A stretch of 64,000 bases of DNA from an uncultured delta proteobacterium (GTDB lineage: Bacteria > Desulfobacterota > Binatia > UBA9968), in contig CAWDPO010000046.1 of NCBI GenBank assembly GCA_963804165.1, positions 355,720-419,719 of the forward strand, read 5' to 3'. Below, piece after piece: positions 41,029 through 50,118 of this stretch. The notes beneath the pieces are model-generated. The model was not told the DNA's origin. It was given only the letters and a program-made list of their open reading frames with translations, and did not search any database. The translations under genes and the position numbers were made by a program. Numbering within the stretch: the stretch's first letter is position 1; every line of letters begins with the position of its first letter.

Positions 41029-41601
41029 TCACGAGTAGCTGAATTTGGGGGTCCAATCGCCCGCTCCGCCCGGCAGCAGATCGAGGATGTGCCAAAGCGT
41101 GCAGAAGTCATCGCCGGGTTCGAAGCTCGTATCTGACACGCGCAGAATCCGCTTGCCCTCGAGCTTGAATACGGAGATGCCAGGCAGCCAACCGCCCTCC
41201 TTCGAGCGATAGCCCATGTCCTCGGCGAAGGTCGTGCCTTGATGGCTGACCATCGGAAACTTCCAGCCGCGGCTCGCGGCGAAGCGTTGCTGCACTTCCG
41301 GGGGATCGGGGCTCGAAACGACCACCGCCGCACGGTCGGTCAGATGGTGATAGATGCCGTTCAACCCATCTGCCCACAGCGTGCAGTTGGGGCAGCCGGT
41401 GCCCATATTATGGATGAGGATCAGGTCGGCCTTACCGCCGAACAGCTCCGACAGCCGCACCGTTCCTTGCGAAGTTGCCAATTGGTAGTCGGCCACCTCT
41501 TCGGGCTCGCTGTCCGCCTGCGCCTCGCGCATCTTCTTGCGAATGGCGGCGATCTGTCTGCGGAATTCGGCGAGCTTAGCCGACGTGCTCTTGTAGTCCA
41601 T
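41029..41601 (-). CDS. Short-type DUF899 protein
   Basis: MDYKSTSAKL..., LSELFGGKADLILIHNMG, CPNCTLWADG and PGDDFC. Confidence 0.85.
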   Translation of the reverse strand: MDYKSTSAKLAEFRRQIAAIRKKMREAQADSEPEEVADYQLATSQGTVRLSELFGGKADLILIHNMGTGCPNCTLWADGLNGIYHHLTDRAAVVVSSPDPPEVQQRFAASRGWKFPMVSHQGTTFAEDMGYRSKEGGWLPGISVFKLEGKRILRVSDTSFEPGDDFCTLWHILDLLPGGAGDWTPKFSYS

Positions 41602-41683
41602 CGCTTCCCTCCTTTGTGTCCGATGATCAGGTGCCGTGAGCGTCGCAATAGTGTGCAGCTGCTGATCCGCCTCGTCGCGGCCA

Positions 41684-42139
41684 TCACCGCGAAGCCTTTG
41701 TGCGGCGCCGTGCCGGGGCACGCCGCCGCCGTTTGCGCCGAGATGCAGGTCGCGGTTTCTGCTCCTCGATCTCCTCCAGCGCGGCAGCGAGGATGCCGAA
41801 CTGCTCCTGCCAGTACTTGCTGTAGCGATTGATCCAGATCGCTGCCGAATAGATTGGCCCCACCTCAAGCCGACACCTGCTGATCCGCCCCGTGCGTTCC
41901 TGCTGCACGAGGCCGGCGCGGACGAGCACTTGGATGTGTCGGGACACCGACTGCAATGATATGGCGAAGGGCTCCGCCAGCTGCGAGACGAGCAGCGCTT
42001 CCTCTCCAAGTCGCGCCAGAATCGCCCGGCGCACTGGATCGGACAGCGCAAAGAACACCGCATCGAGAAGCTCATCCTCCGAGCGCGCGCTTGCGCGAGC
42101 GCCGAATTCGTCCAGGCGCACAACAGCGGGATTAGTCAT
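41684..42139 (-). CDS. ArsR/SmtB family transcriptional regulator
   Basis: LDAVFFALSDPVRRAIL...SLQSVSRHIQVLVRAGLV. Confidence 0.9.
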   Translation of the reverse strand: MTNPAVVRLDEFGARASARSEDELLDAVFFALSDPVRRAILARLGEEALLVSQLAEPFAISLQSVSRHIQVLVRAGLVQQERTGRISRCRLEVGPIYSAAIWINRYSKYWQEQFGILAAALEEIEEQKPRPASRRKRRRRAPARRRTKASR

Positions 42140-42329
42140 AGTATGAGCTGACTATCAACGAATCGGCTGATTGTCAACATATCGGTTGAGTATCAACCAA
42201 TCTGCTGATCGTCAAGGCATCATTGTTATTAGCTGGCGCAGTACCGGTGCGATCCACGTTTGCAGGCGCGGGCGAGCTGCTGGTGCGGCGATCAAGCCAC
42301 GTCAATCGGGAGACGCTCTCGATTGACCT

Positions 42330-42482
42330 TTGAAACGTCTGGAACGATTGGAACGGCCGGAACCGACTCGGTGAGTCAACGATTTGAACGGAGCGCATCC
42401 TTCGATGAACTCAGGATGAGCGGAAATCCGAACCGCTCGTGGTGAGCGTGTCGAACCATTGAACGGTTAGAACGGTTTGAAA
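42330..42482. repeat. TGGAAC 9-bp repeats interleaved with a CTTCGA..CTCAGGATGAGCGG REP-like hairpin
   Basis: TGAAACgtcTGGAACgatTGGAACggcCGGAAC; the hairpin at 42399-42455 is related to the one at 29795-29873. Confidence 0.7.
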
Positions 42483-42543
42483 AGCGTTTTACTCGCAGGT
42501 GCCTGGCTCCCTGATTTTAAACACGCCACGTATCGGATCTCCA

Positions 42544-43575
42544 CTAGAGGAGGCCGATCATCTTGCCGTACTTCCTGGCAAGCGATTCCACTTTGTCCGC
42601 CTGATCCTTGCGCATATAGATCATCTGCCTGCCCTGGGCCTTCTGATAATAGGCCGTTCCCGGAATCAGCGCGGAACTCACCGCGACGGTTTTTTCCCAC
42701 ACCTGCTGCGACTCCGGCAGCGTCATAAACACCGCGAAGAGGTGCGCCGCGTTGGGATGCGGTGCGCCCTTGAGCACGCCGACGTGATAGGAAGGCGCGA
42801 CCACCGGTTGCACCTCGACGGCCTCGGTGATTGGCGCCCCCGATTGTTTGGCAACGTTGATATAGCTGTCGGTCAAACTCAACGCGACGAGGATCTCGCC
42901 CAGTTGGAGTCGGGTATACGTCGGTCCCAACTCGCCCAGGACAGGGTTCTGCTGCGCCAACGCTTTTACATAGGCGGTCGTCTTTTCTTCGCCCCAGGGT
43001 CCGAAGGCCAGCCGCCCTAAGTGGTGGGTCGCCGTGGTCACGCCCACTTTGCCTTTCCATTTTGGTTGGAGGAGGTCTTCCCAGCTCTTCGGCGCATCCT
43101 TGGGGGCAACCATGCTGCTGTTGTACGCCGGCACGATGTACTGATGGGCAAAGGAAATCGCGCCGCCATCGTGATCGATCAACTTCTCGTCCACGCCTAC
43201 GGTTTTGTAGTCGAACGGTTTTTGCAGCTTGCGCAGCCAGAGGCTTGCATGGTGCGCATCGGTGGCGACCATGACATCCCATTCGGGCGGCGCGCCCGTG
43301 GCCGCCTGAGTCGCAACCTTGCCCACGTCCCGGGTCATCGATCCCGAAGGAACGAATTTGACGGTGATGTTGGTCCCGTATTTTTTGTTGAAGGCTTGAG
43401 CGAGGACTTGGGCGCCCTCGGCCTTCAAAGTGGACGGCCCGTAAAAGTCCAGGGTGCCTTCCTTTTTGGCGGCGGCGATCAAATCATCCAGCGGCGCGGC
43501 GGAAGCAACGGAAAGCCCCTGGAGCAAAAACAAGCCGGCGGTTAGGCCCGAGTAAAGGAGACGCAGCGACCGCAT
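42544..43575 (-). CDS. Extracellular solute-binding protein (Fe3+/thiamine-type ABC)
   Basis: Signal peptide, AAAKKEG, PKSWEDLLQPKWKGK and APHPNAAHLF. Confidence 0.88.
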   Translation of the reverse strand: MRSLRLLYSGLTAGLFLLQGLSVASAAPLDDLIAAAKKEGTLDFYGPSTLKAEGAQVLAQAFNKKYGTNITVKFVPSGSMTRDVGKVATQAATGAPPEWDVMVATDAHHASLWLRKLQKPFDYKTVGVDEKLIDHDGGAISFAHQYIVPAYNSSMVAPKDAPKSWEDLLQPKWKGKVGVTTATHHLGRLAFGPWGEEKTTAYVKALAQQNPVLGELGPTYTRLQLGEILVALSLTDSYINVAKQSGAPITEAVEVQPVVAPSYHVGVLKGAPHPNAAHLFAVFMTLPESQQVWEKTVAVSSALIPGTAYYQKAQGRQMIYMRKDQADKVESLARKYGKMIGLL

Positions 43576-43747
43576 CTTTCACCTCCTGTTACCTGTCGTG
43601 GACTCGTCGCGCGCCGAGCCATACAGCGTCCATGCGCCCGAGCTCTTCCCTGGACGGCGTCTATCGCTCGCCCGGAAAATTGTCAAGCCGGTATTTCACA
43701 ATCCACCTTCAGCCTCGACTCCACTTGGTGCCGACGCTTTAGGTGCC

Positions 43748-43930
43748 TTGTTCCCAAATCGGGAACACGCTATTCTGGATCGTGCGGTCATCGCAGTGAA
43801 GACACTGAAGTCCTTTTGGGGGAAGATCCGGATGCCGAGAGTCCGTTGAGAGCATGGAAACGGAGGTGAAAGAGGGGCCCGCAGGCCATCAAAACTGCAT
43901 ACCGTCGGCAAGCATTCTTCGCAACACCGG
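43748..43930 (+). pseudogene. Degenerate copy of the higB promoter and 5' half
   Basis: Nucleotide similarity to 35156-35352 (GACACTGAAGTCCTTTTGGG, ATCCGGATGCCGAG, ATTCTTCGCAACA) with indels. Confidence 0.85.
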
Positions 43931-43968
43931 AGACGTTTCTACGATCGGGTGGTTACATCAAGAAAGAA

Positions 43969-43996
43969 AGATTTCTCGCATTCGCTCGAAATGACA
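43969..43996. repeat. REP-like hairpin half
   Basis: AGATTTCTCGCATTCGCTCGAAATGACA. Confidence 0.45.
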
Positions 43997-44120
43997 AACA
44001 AACTAACGGTCGTGTCGGATTTATTGACACCCCCTCGCCATGTGCTATCTCTACGCAGACAAGTAGGTCGCTGGCGTCACATCGTGGGCTTTCCGATTTC
44101 TCCTCATACCGGTCGCGCCG

Positions 44121-45098
44121 ATGTCTAAACTCAAACTTACCCTCGCGTGCTGGGACTACGACCGCACCCGTCCGCTTATCGACGGCCGTGTCCAAGCCGA
44201 AGGCATCGATCTGGAGATCAAGGTCATGCGTCCGCGCGAGATCTTTCCCAGGATGCTGGAGGACGGAGAGTTCGAGGTTTCCGAGCTGTCGCTTGGCTCT
44301 TACGTAAGCCTCAAAGGGCGCGGTGCCTGCCCGTTCGTCGCGGTGCCCGTCGCGCTGTCGAAGATCTTCCGTCATTCCTGTATTTACATACGGACCGATG
44401 CGGGCATCCGGACGCCTCAGGATCTGCGGGGGAAACGGGTGGGGACTACTCAACTCGGTTCGACCGCCACGATCTTCATGAACGGCATGCTGCAGCACGA
44501 GTACGGCGTGAAGCTCGAGGATATGCAGTGGTTCATCGGCGGGATGACGACTCCGACGCAGCGGCCGCTGATTCCGTTGAAGTTGTCGGAGAAAATCAAA
44601 ATTGAGTTTTTGCCGCCGGACGAGACACTGGAGCGAATGCTGGAGCGCGGGGAGCTCGACGCCTTGCTTGCGATATTCATTCCGTCAATCTTCCAGCGGG
44701 GCTCGTCGCGCATTGCGCGGCTGTTTCCGAACTACTACGAGGTAGAGCAGGATTATTACCGCCGCACCGGCATTTTCCCGATCATGCATACCGTGGCGGT
44801 GCGCGACGATATCTATCGAGATCACCCGTGGGTGGCCCGGAGCATGTACAGGGCCTTTTGCGAGGCGCGGGATATAGCGGTAGACGGGCTCTACGACACG
44901 GACGCGCTGCGCGTCTCGCTTCCCTGGCTCATCCATCATATCGAGGAGACGCGGCGGGTCTTAGGAAAGAATTTCTGGGCCTATGGCTTGGAGCCTAACC
45001 GGCCGACGTTAGAGGCCATGGGTCAGTATGTCTACGAACAAGGTTTGTCGCCGCGCGTCGTGGCAGCCGACGAGCTGTTCGCATCGGACATAGAATGA
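44121..45098 (+). CDS. 4,5-dihydroxyphthalate decarboxylase-like protein (periplasmic-binding-protein fold)
   Basis: LTLACWDYDRTRPLIDG, FRHSCIY, TGIFPIMH and WAYGLEPNR. Confidence 0.82.
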   Translation: MSKLKLTLACWDYDRTRPLIDGRVQAEGIDLEIKVMRPREIFPRMLEDGEFEVSELSLGSYVSLKGRGACPFVAVPVALSKIFRHSCIYIRTDAGIRTPQDLRGKRVGTTQLGSTATIFMNGMLQHEYGVKLEDMQWFIGGMTTPTQRPLIPLKLSEKIKIEFLPPDETLERMLERGELDALLAIFIPSIFQRGSSRIARLFPNYYEVEQDYYRRTGIFPIMHTVAVRDDIYRDHPWVARSMYRAFCEARDIAVDGLYDTDALRVSLPWLIHHIEETRRVLGKNFWAYGLEPNRPTLEAMGQYVYEQGLSPRVVAADELFASDIE

Positions 45099-45111
45099 TT
45101 ATTGGGCTTCG

Positions 45112-45180
45112 CCGTTCCAGTCGTTTCAAAGGTTCCAACCGTTCCAACCGTTTTGAACGGCTTGAACGTTTTGAAACGAA
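45112..45180. repeat. 9-bp-periodic GTTCCA/TGAAC palindromic element
   Basis: GTTCCAGtcGTTTCAAagGTTCCAAccGTTCCAAcc...TTGAACggcTTGAACgttTTGAAAC. Confidence 0.8.
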
Positions 45181-45237
45181 CTCACATAATCTAGGTTCAG
45201 GTTGTTCGGGGTCGATGTAACGCACGAGGGACACGCC

Positions 45238-46545
45238 ATGTTGGACATTGATCGTATGATCATAGATAAGCCGGCGGACGGTATATTCCGCATCCATCGG
45301 TCCGCCATGACCTCACCCGAGATTCTTCAGATGGAGCAGGAACGGATATTCAACAAGTCCTGGCTCTATGTGTGCCACGAGTCTGAAGTAGAGAACCCGG
45401 GCGACTACCGACGGCGAAACGTGGCCGGGAGGCCGCTTTTTTTCATGCGCGGCAACGATGGCAAGGTGCGGGTCTTCTTGAACACATGCACGCATAGAGG
45501 AGCGCTGATTTGCCGCCATGATCACGGCCATGCCGATATTCTGCAATGCTTCTACCATGCCTGGAGCTTCAACAATCACGGCGATCTCGTCGGCGTGCCG
45601 GATGAGGCAGGGTACGGCCATAGCTTCAACAAGGCGGAGATGGGACTCAAGTCGCCGCCGCGTGTAGAAAATTACCGCGGCTTTATTTTCGTCAGCTTCA
45701 ATCCCGACGTTGAAGACCTGGTGAGCTATCTGGCGGGCGCGCGCGAGTACCTCGATCTTGTCGTCGATCAGGCCGAACATGGTATGAGGATCATTGCCGG
45801 ATCGAATCGATATTCCATAAAGGCCAACTGGAAGCTGCTGGTCGAGAATAGCCTCGACGGCTACCACGTCAAACCGACTCACAAGAGCTACTTCGACTAT
45901 GTCACCGGCCTCGGCGTAAAGAGCGGCGCGGTGCAGACCGCGTTCAGCCGCCCGGCCCGCGTCCTCGGCAACGGTCATGCCGTCGAGGAACATGACGGTG
46001 TGCGCGGCCGGCCCATTGCCCGCTGGAGCCCGCTCTTCGGCGAAGAGAACAAAGAGGAAATCGCCGCGATCCGCGCAAGACTGGTGCGGAAATTCGGCGA
46101 GCAGCGGGCTCATTTGATGACTGACATAAGCCGTAATCTGCTCGTCTATCCCAATCTCCTGATCATCGACTCCATCGACATCACCGTGCGCATATTTTGG
46201 CCGATAGCGCCCGATCTTATGGACGTGACGGCGTGGCAGCTCGCTCCCAGGGAAGAAAAACCCGAGCTGCTGGCGCGCCGGCTGGACAATTTTCTTACGT
46301 TCCATGGTCCGGGAGGATTTGCGACGCCGGACGATGTCGAAGCGATCGAATCCTGTCAAGCCGGGTACAAAGCGGAAGGCGTGGAATGGTCCGAACTCTC
46401 CAGGGGCATGCATCGCGAGGCGATCGCGGAGGATGAGCTTCAGCTGCGCGCGTTTTGGCGTCAGTGGTACGGCCACATGTCAGGACTCGGGAAAGTCGAG
46501 ACCAACGACCCCGTTATCAGGCAGACGGTGGCGCTGGCGCGCTAG
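45238..46545 (+). CDS. Rieske aromatic ring-hydroxylating dioxygenase alpha subunit (benzoate/p-cumate-like)
   Basis: CTHRG...CFYH Rieske motif, NWKLLVENSLDGYH..TH and GFATPDDVE. Confidence 0.92.
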   Translation: MLDIDRMIIDKPADGIFRIHRSAMTSPEILQMEQERIFNKSWLYVCHESEVENPGDYRRRNVAGRPLFFMRGNDGKVRVFLNTCTHRGALICRHDHGHADILQCFYHAWSFNNHGDLVGVPDEAGYGHSFNKAEMGLKSPPRVENYRGFIFVSFNPDVEDLVSYLAGAREYLDLVVDQAEHGMRIIAGSNRYSIKANWKLLVENSLDGYHVKPTHKSYFDYVTGLGVKSGAVQTAFSRPARVLGNGHAVEEHDGVRGRPIARWSPLFGEENKEEIAAIRARLVRKFGEQRAHLMTDISRNLLVYPNLLIIDSIDITVRIFWPIAPDLMDVTAWQLAPREEKPELLARRLDNFLTFHGPGGFATPDDVEAIESCQAGYKAEGVEWSELSRGMHREAIAEDELQLRAFWRQWYGHMSGLGKVETNDPVIRQTVALAR

Positions 46546-46561
46546 CAGGGGAGAGTGCTTC

Positions 46562-47065
46562 ATGCCCGAAGCGCAGCGCGAGCAAAATGATCGAACCGTG
46601 CGCGAATTGGTGGAAGACTTTCTTTATCAAGAAGCGGCGCTCTTGGATCAATGGCGGTTGGATGATTGGTTGGCCCTTTTCACTTCCGATGGCAGATATT
46701 TTGTCCCTACCACGGACCTGCCGGACGGAGACCCCAGGACAGACCTGGTGTTTATCGACGATGACATGGTACGGCTGCGTGCTCGGGTGGAAAGACTCAA
46801 GAGCCGCCATGGCCACAGAGAATATCCTTCGTCCCGCACAAGACGCTTCATCACCAATATCATCATCAAAGTAACGGAAGACGGCATGGTCGTGACTTCG
46901 TCGTTCCTCATTTACCGCTTCCGTCTGGGGGAATCGAGTCCCTACGTCGGTTGGTACGAGCACCAACTAAAGCAAGTGGACGGGCAGTTGAAGATCCATC
47001 GTAGAAAAGCCGTGCTCGACATGGAAGCGCTGAGCGAGCACGGAGCCGTCAGCATCATTCTATAA
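46562..47065 (+). CDS. Aromatic ring-hydroxylating dioxygenase beta subunit
   Basis: VEDFLYQEAALLDQWRLDDWL, RVERL, PSSRTRRFITN and SIIL. Confidence 0.92.
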   Translation: MPEAQREQNDRTVRELVEDFLYQEAALLDQWRLDDWLALFTSDGRYFVPTTDLPDGDPRTDLVFIDDDMVRLRARVERLKSRHGHREYPSSRTRRFITNIIIKVTEDGMVVTSSFLIYRFRLGESSPYVGWYEHQLKQVDGQLKIHRRKAVLDMEALSEHGAVSIIL

Positions 47066-47214
47066 CGTCGTGCGCTGGATGTTTGTCGTGATCCTGCCGC
47101 AATCGTCAACCGCTCGGCGTCGTTGAAAAAATCTTCTGGCGGGCTTTCTCGACGGTTAAACGAGATTCCGATTCGCCTGCGATAGCATGACACCAGCAAT
47201 TTAGGAGAATTTTC

Positions 47215-47427
47215 ATGCGAAGATTTCTTTCTGCCTGCCTGCTCCTGCTGCTCGTGGGCTGCGGCGATAAAGCGAAGGATTTATACGATACCGCGCAGTT
47301 GGAAGAGAAGCAGTTCAACAAAACGCACGCGACGAAACTTTATCGGCAGATCGTATAAAAGTATTCCGAGTCGCCTTACGCGAATCAGGCGAAGACTCGT
47401 TTGGCTGAGCTGGAGAAAGCGCGTTAG
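47215..47427 (+). pseudogene. Small TPR-like lipoprotein with an internal TAA at 47356
   Basis: AGGAG RBS; MRRFLSACLLLLVGCGDKAKDLYDTAQLEEKQFNKTHATKLYRQIV*KYSESPYANQAKTRLAELEK; lipobox LVGC. Confidence 0.65.
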
Positions 47428-47608
47428 TCAATCATCAAGGACCCTACCGACTGCTCTCCCTCTGACGGTTGGCCCTCGGCTTCGTTTTCTTAGAGCTTTT
47501 TGGCCCCAAACATTCGCGTTCGAAACGCTTGAAAGACGCCCTTTTATGCCACGTTAGATTGCTAAATCATGAAGTTGTCCCGACGCGACCCGTAACTGCG
47601 GTAGTCCC

Positions 47609-49315
47609 TCACGAAAACAGCTCGCGATCCCGAATCTTTCGCGGGTCCGTGTAGTCTTTCGCAAACCACGGCTTTTCGCCAGCTTTGCGCGGCGGCCTCG
47701 CGAGCTGGAGCTTCTTCCTCGCCGTCTTGGCTTCCTTCTGCACGACGCGGAAGTGATAGTGATCGAAGATGCGCAACGCTTCAACGGCGTAAGATACCGC
47801 GATGCGCCGGTCGCGGATCATCAGCAGGTTCTCGCCGTTCTTCTTGTCCGCGGGAATCGAGAAATTGTACGAGCCGAGGTAAACTCGCGCGGTGGGCTTG
47901 TCGAAATCGATCACGACAAACTTGTGGTGCATGCGATTGCCGCCGCCACCGGCCGGCTCCTTGTTGAAAGGCGCCGGGATATTCTTGTCGAGCGCCGAGG
48001 CGAAGACCGGTGCGATATTCCCATTTGGCATCTGAAGGTCGATGCCGCCGACTTTCTTATCAGAGATGCCGTAGACGAAGATACCGGCCTTCTTGGAGAT
48101 CTTCTTGAGCGCTTCCTTGATGATGCCGGGCGTTATCGAGAGGAACGCTAGGGAATAGAACAGACACGACGTGGTCTTGCCGATGTCCTCGCCGATCCCG
48201 TCGAGTAGCGCGTTCGATGATGAGTGCGGTGAGAATGCCACCTTCGCATCAATGTTATCGAGGCCAAGATTCGTTAATTCGGCCGAGTCGGTGTCGTCGA
48301 ACTCGTGTTCCTTGTCGAAGTAGTTATCGAAGGCGGCAAGTGCCAGGTCGACGGCCTTTTTCCCCTCCACGACGAAGGCGTTGTTGGCCTGCACGTACAG
48401 CCCGCGCCAACTGAGATTGGTTGAGCCGAAGACGACCTTCTTCGTCTTTGAACCGTTTACGATTATCATCTTGTTGTGCTGCAGGCTCTTCATGTGCTGG
48501 CGCTTTACGTTGGCTTCGCCAGCCGTCTTCTTGAGACGCGTTGCGGATTGCGTTTCGCCGGAGTCGGATTCGCCGTGCTCCTTGCTGTCGTCGATGATGA
48601 TTCTCAGTTTCTTCTTAAGCTTTTCAAACCGACCGACGACCTCAGGCTCGCTAAGATCGTAGGCGACGACCCGAACGTCGGCTTTCTCCTTGATGGCTTG
48701 ATCCAGTAGATCGAGGATCGTCTCTCGTGCCTCGAAGCCCATCCACGCAAGTGCTTCATCCTTTTTAGGATGCGTCCCCTTGAATTTCAGGCCGTCCTTC
48801 GCCTTAGCAGGGATCAGGGTGTTGATCTTGCCGAACTTCTCGTAGCGGTCCACGAACGCCTGCGAGGAGACGAAGCCGCGGGTGAACGTGATGTTCACCT
48901 GGCCCGGGTACGTCTCGCGCCGCAGTTCGATGCCGGCTTCCTGCGGCTCGCCTTGGCTGAGCCGATCTTCCTCGTCCATGAAGATCGGCGTTACGCGGTA
49001 GGTAAACTCACCGTCGAGGTTGGCATTGCGCGGAAAATGCACCCACCGGAATTTTTGAATCGGCGAAACGAGCGTCGAGAGCTGAATCGAATTGATCTGG
49101 CCGTCGGCACCCGCAAACGTGAGGCGGTTGTTAAGAGGAAAGAAGGTATTGCCACCGGGTGGCTTGGACTCAATCGCGAAGCCGACGAAATTATTCGGTG
49201 GCTTTCCGTTTTTCCAGTTCATCGCGACGAGACACATCCCGTCGCCGCGATGGAGCTTGAGTGTGAATAGCGCCTTCGTGTTCTTGCCGATCACCTGGAA
49301 ATCGCTGGCCGCCAT
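47609..49315 (-). CDS. Phospholipase D superfamily protein with two HxK motifs
   Basis: HNKMIIVN...GSTN and HHKFVVID...GSYN; no obvious signal peptide. Confidence 0.88.
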   Translation of the reverse strand: MAASDFQVIGKNTKALFTLKLHRGDGMCLVAMNWKNGKPPNNFVGFAIESKPPGGNTFFPLNNRLTFAGADGQINSIQLSTLVSPIQKFRWVHFPRNANLDGEFTYRVTPIFMDEEDRLSQGEPQEAGIELRRETYPGQVNITFTRGFVSSQAFVDRYEKFGKINTLIPAKAKDGLKFKGTHPKKDEALAWMGFEARETILDLLDQAIKEKADVRVVAYDLSEPEVVGRFEKLKKKLRIIIDDSKEHGESDSGETQSATRLKKTAGEANVKRQHMKSLQHNKMIIVNGSKTKKVVFGSTNLSWRGLYVQANNAFVVEGKKAVDLALAAFDNYFDKEHEFDDTDSAELTNLGLDNIDAKVAFSPHSSSNALLDGIGEDIGKTTSCLFYSLAFLSITPGIIKEALKKISKKAGIFVYGISDKKVGGIDLQMPNGNIAPVFASALDKNIPAPFNKEPAGGGGNRMHHKFVVIDFDKPTARVYLGSYNFSIPADKKNGENLLMIRDRRIAVSYAVEALRIFDHYHFRVVQKEAKTARKKLQLARPPRKAGEKPWFAKDYTDPRKIRDRELFS

Positions 49316-49619
49316 GTTTGCCTCTCCCCTTTATCGCTGTACCTTAACGAGGATAGCTTTTAACATAGACAGGCACCCCAGCGGTAGGGCGCAAAGGACG
49401 AGCTGCCATCTCAGCCGCCGTTTAGTTTGCAAATGAGAGCCTACACGTATGGATTTAAATTGCTTGCGCGGGATGATTGTACCAGGAATGGCATTTGATC
49501 AATGGTGTAACCACTCGTTGTTATCCTGCAATTACTCTACTAGAACTGGGAGCGCAATCAAGCTATACAGCAAGCGTTAACCCTTCGTGTCGGCGACAGG
49601 CAGCAGCGAGGAGAGGCGT

Positions 49620-49760
49620 GCGGTAGGAAAGCAGAAGCAATTTAGCGCTGAGTTTAAACGCTTAGCCGTGCGACGAATAGAAAGTTTATCGGTTGGGCTG
49701 AGATCGGAGGGGCGAAAATGGAAGAGGGTGTCACGATTGCCAAGGTGCCGCCTTGGATGA
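49620..49760 (+). pseudogene. Possible IS3-type OrfA (HTH) remnant
   Basis: Translation KQKQFSAEFKRLAVRRIE resembles transposase OrfA N-termini; short and decayed. Confidence 0.4.
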
Positions 49761-50083
49761 AACTCAAACCCGAGAAGAAGAGATAGTCACGTTGCTGCGC
49801 AGCTTGGGATTCGAAATCAGTGAGGAATGAAAGAGACTTAGGCAAGTCTGACACCGATGCGGGACCGGCCCGCCGTTTTGGACCCAGAGGCAAGCTCGAT
49901 ATCTCGCGCAATGCTGGCAATGAGCGCGGTTTTGTTTGCGAGGTAGAGTTCTCGGCAAAAAAAGTTTTTCTGTCGCGCGCAGCGGCCTTGCCCGGCAACA
50001 GGGCCAAGCCGAAGGTTGTATGATTGACGCACCCACGCTGAGGGTCAAGGGTCACAAAAAGGGGTCAAGTCCGCTTTTAGCTA

Positions 50084-50112
50084 TTGACGCGAGATTTAAG
50101 ATGAAATAGAAG
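50084..50112 (+). promoter_or_regulatory. Candidate sigma70 promoter of the transposase (near-leaderless transcript)
   Basis: TTGACG-17 bp-TAGAAG, ATG 6 bp later, no RBS. Confidence 0.45.
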
Positions 50113-50118
50113 CTCGAC

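Noticed and set aside
41029-42123. 364-aa ORF suggesting an ArsR-DUF899 fusion
   Set aside because: The N-terminal part is an alternative frame over the ArsR gene; DUF899 has its own RBS and ATG at 41601.
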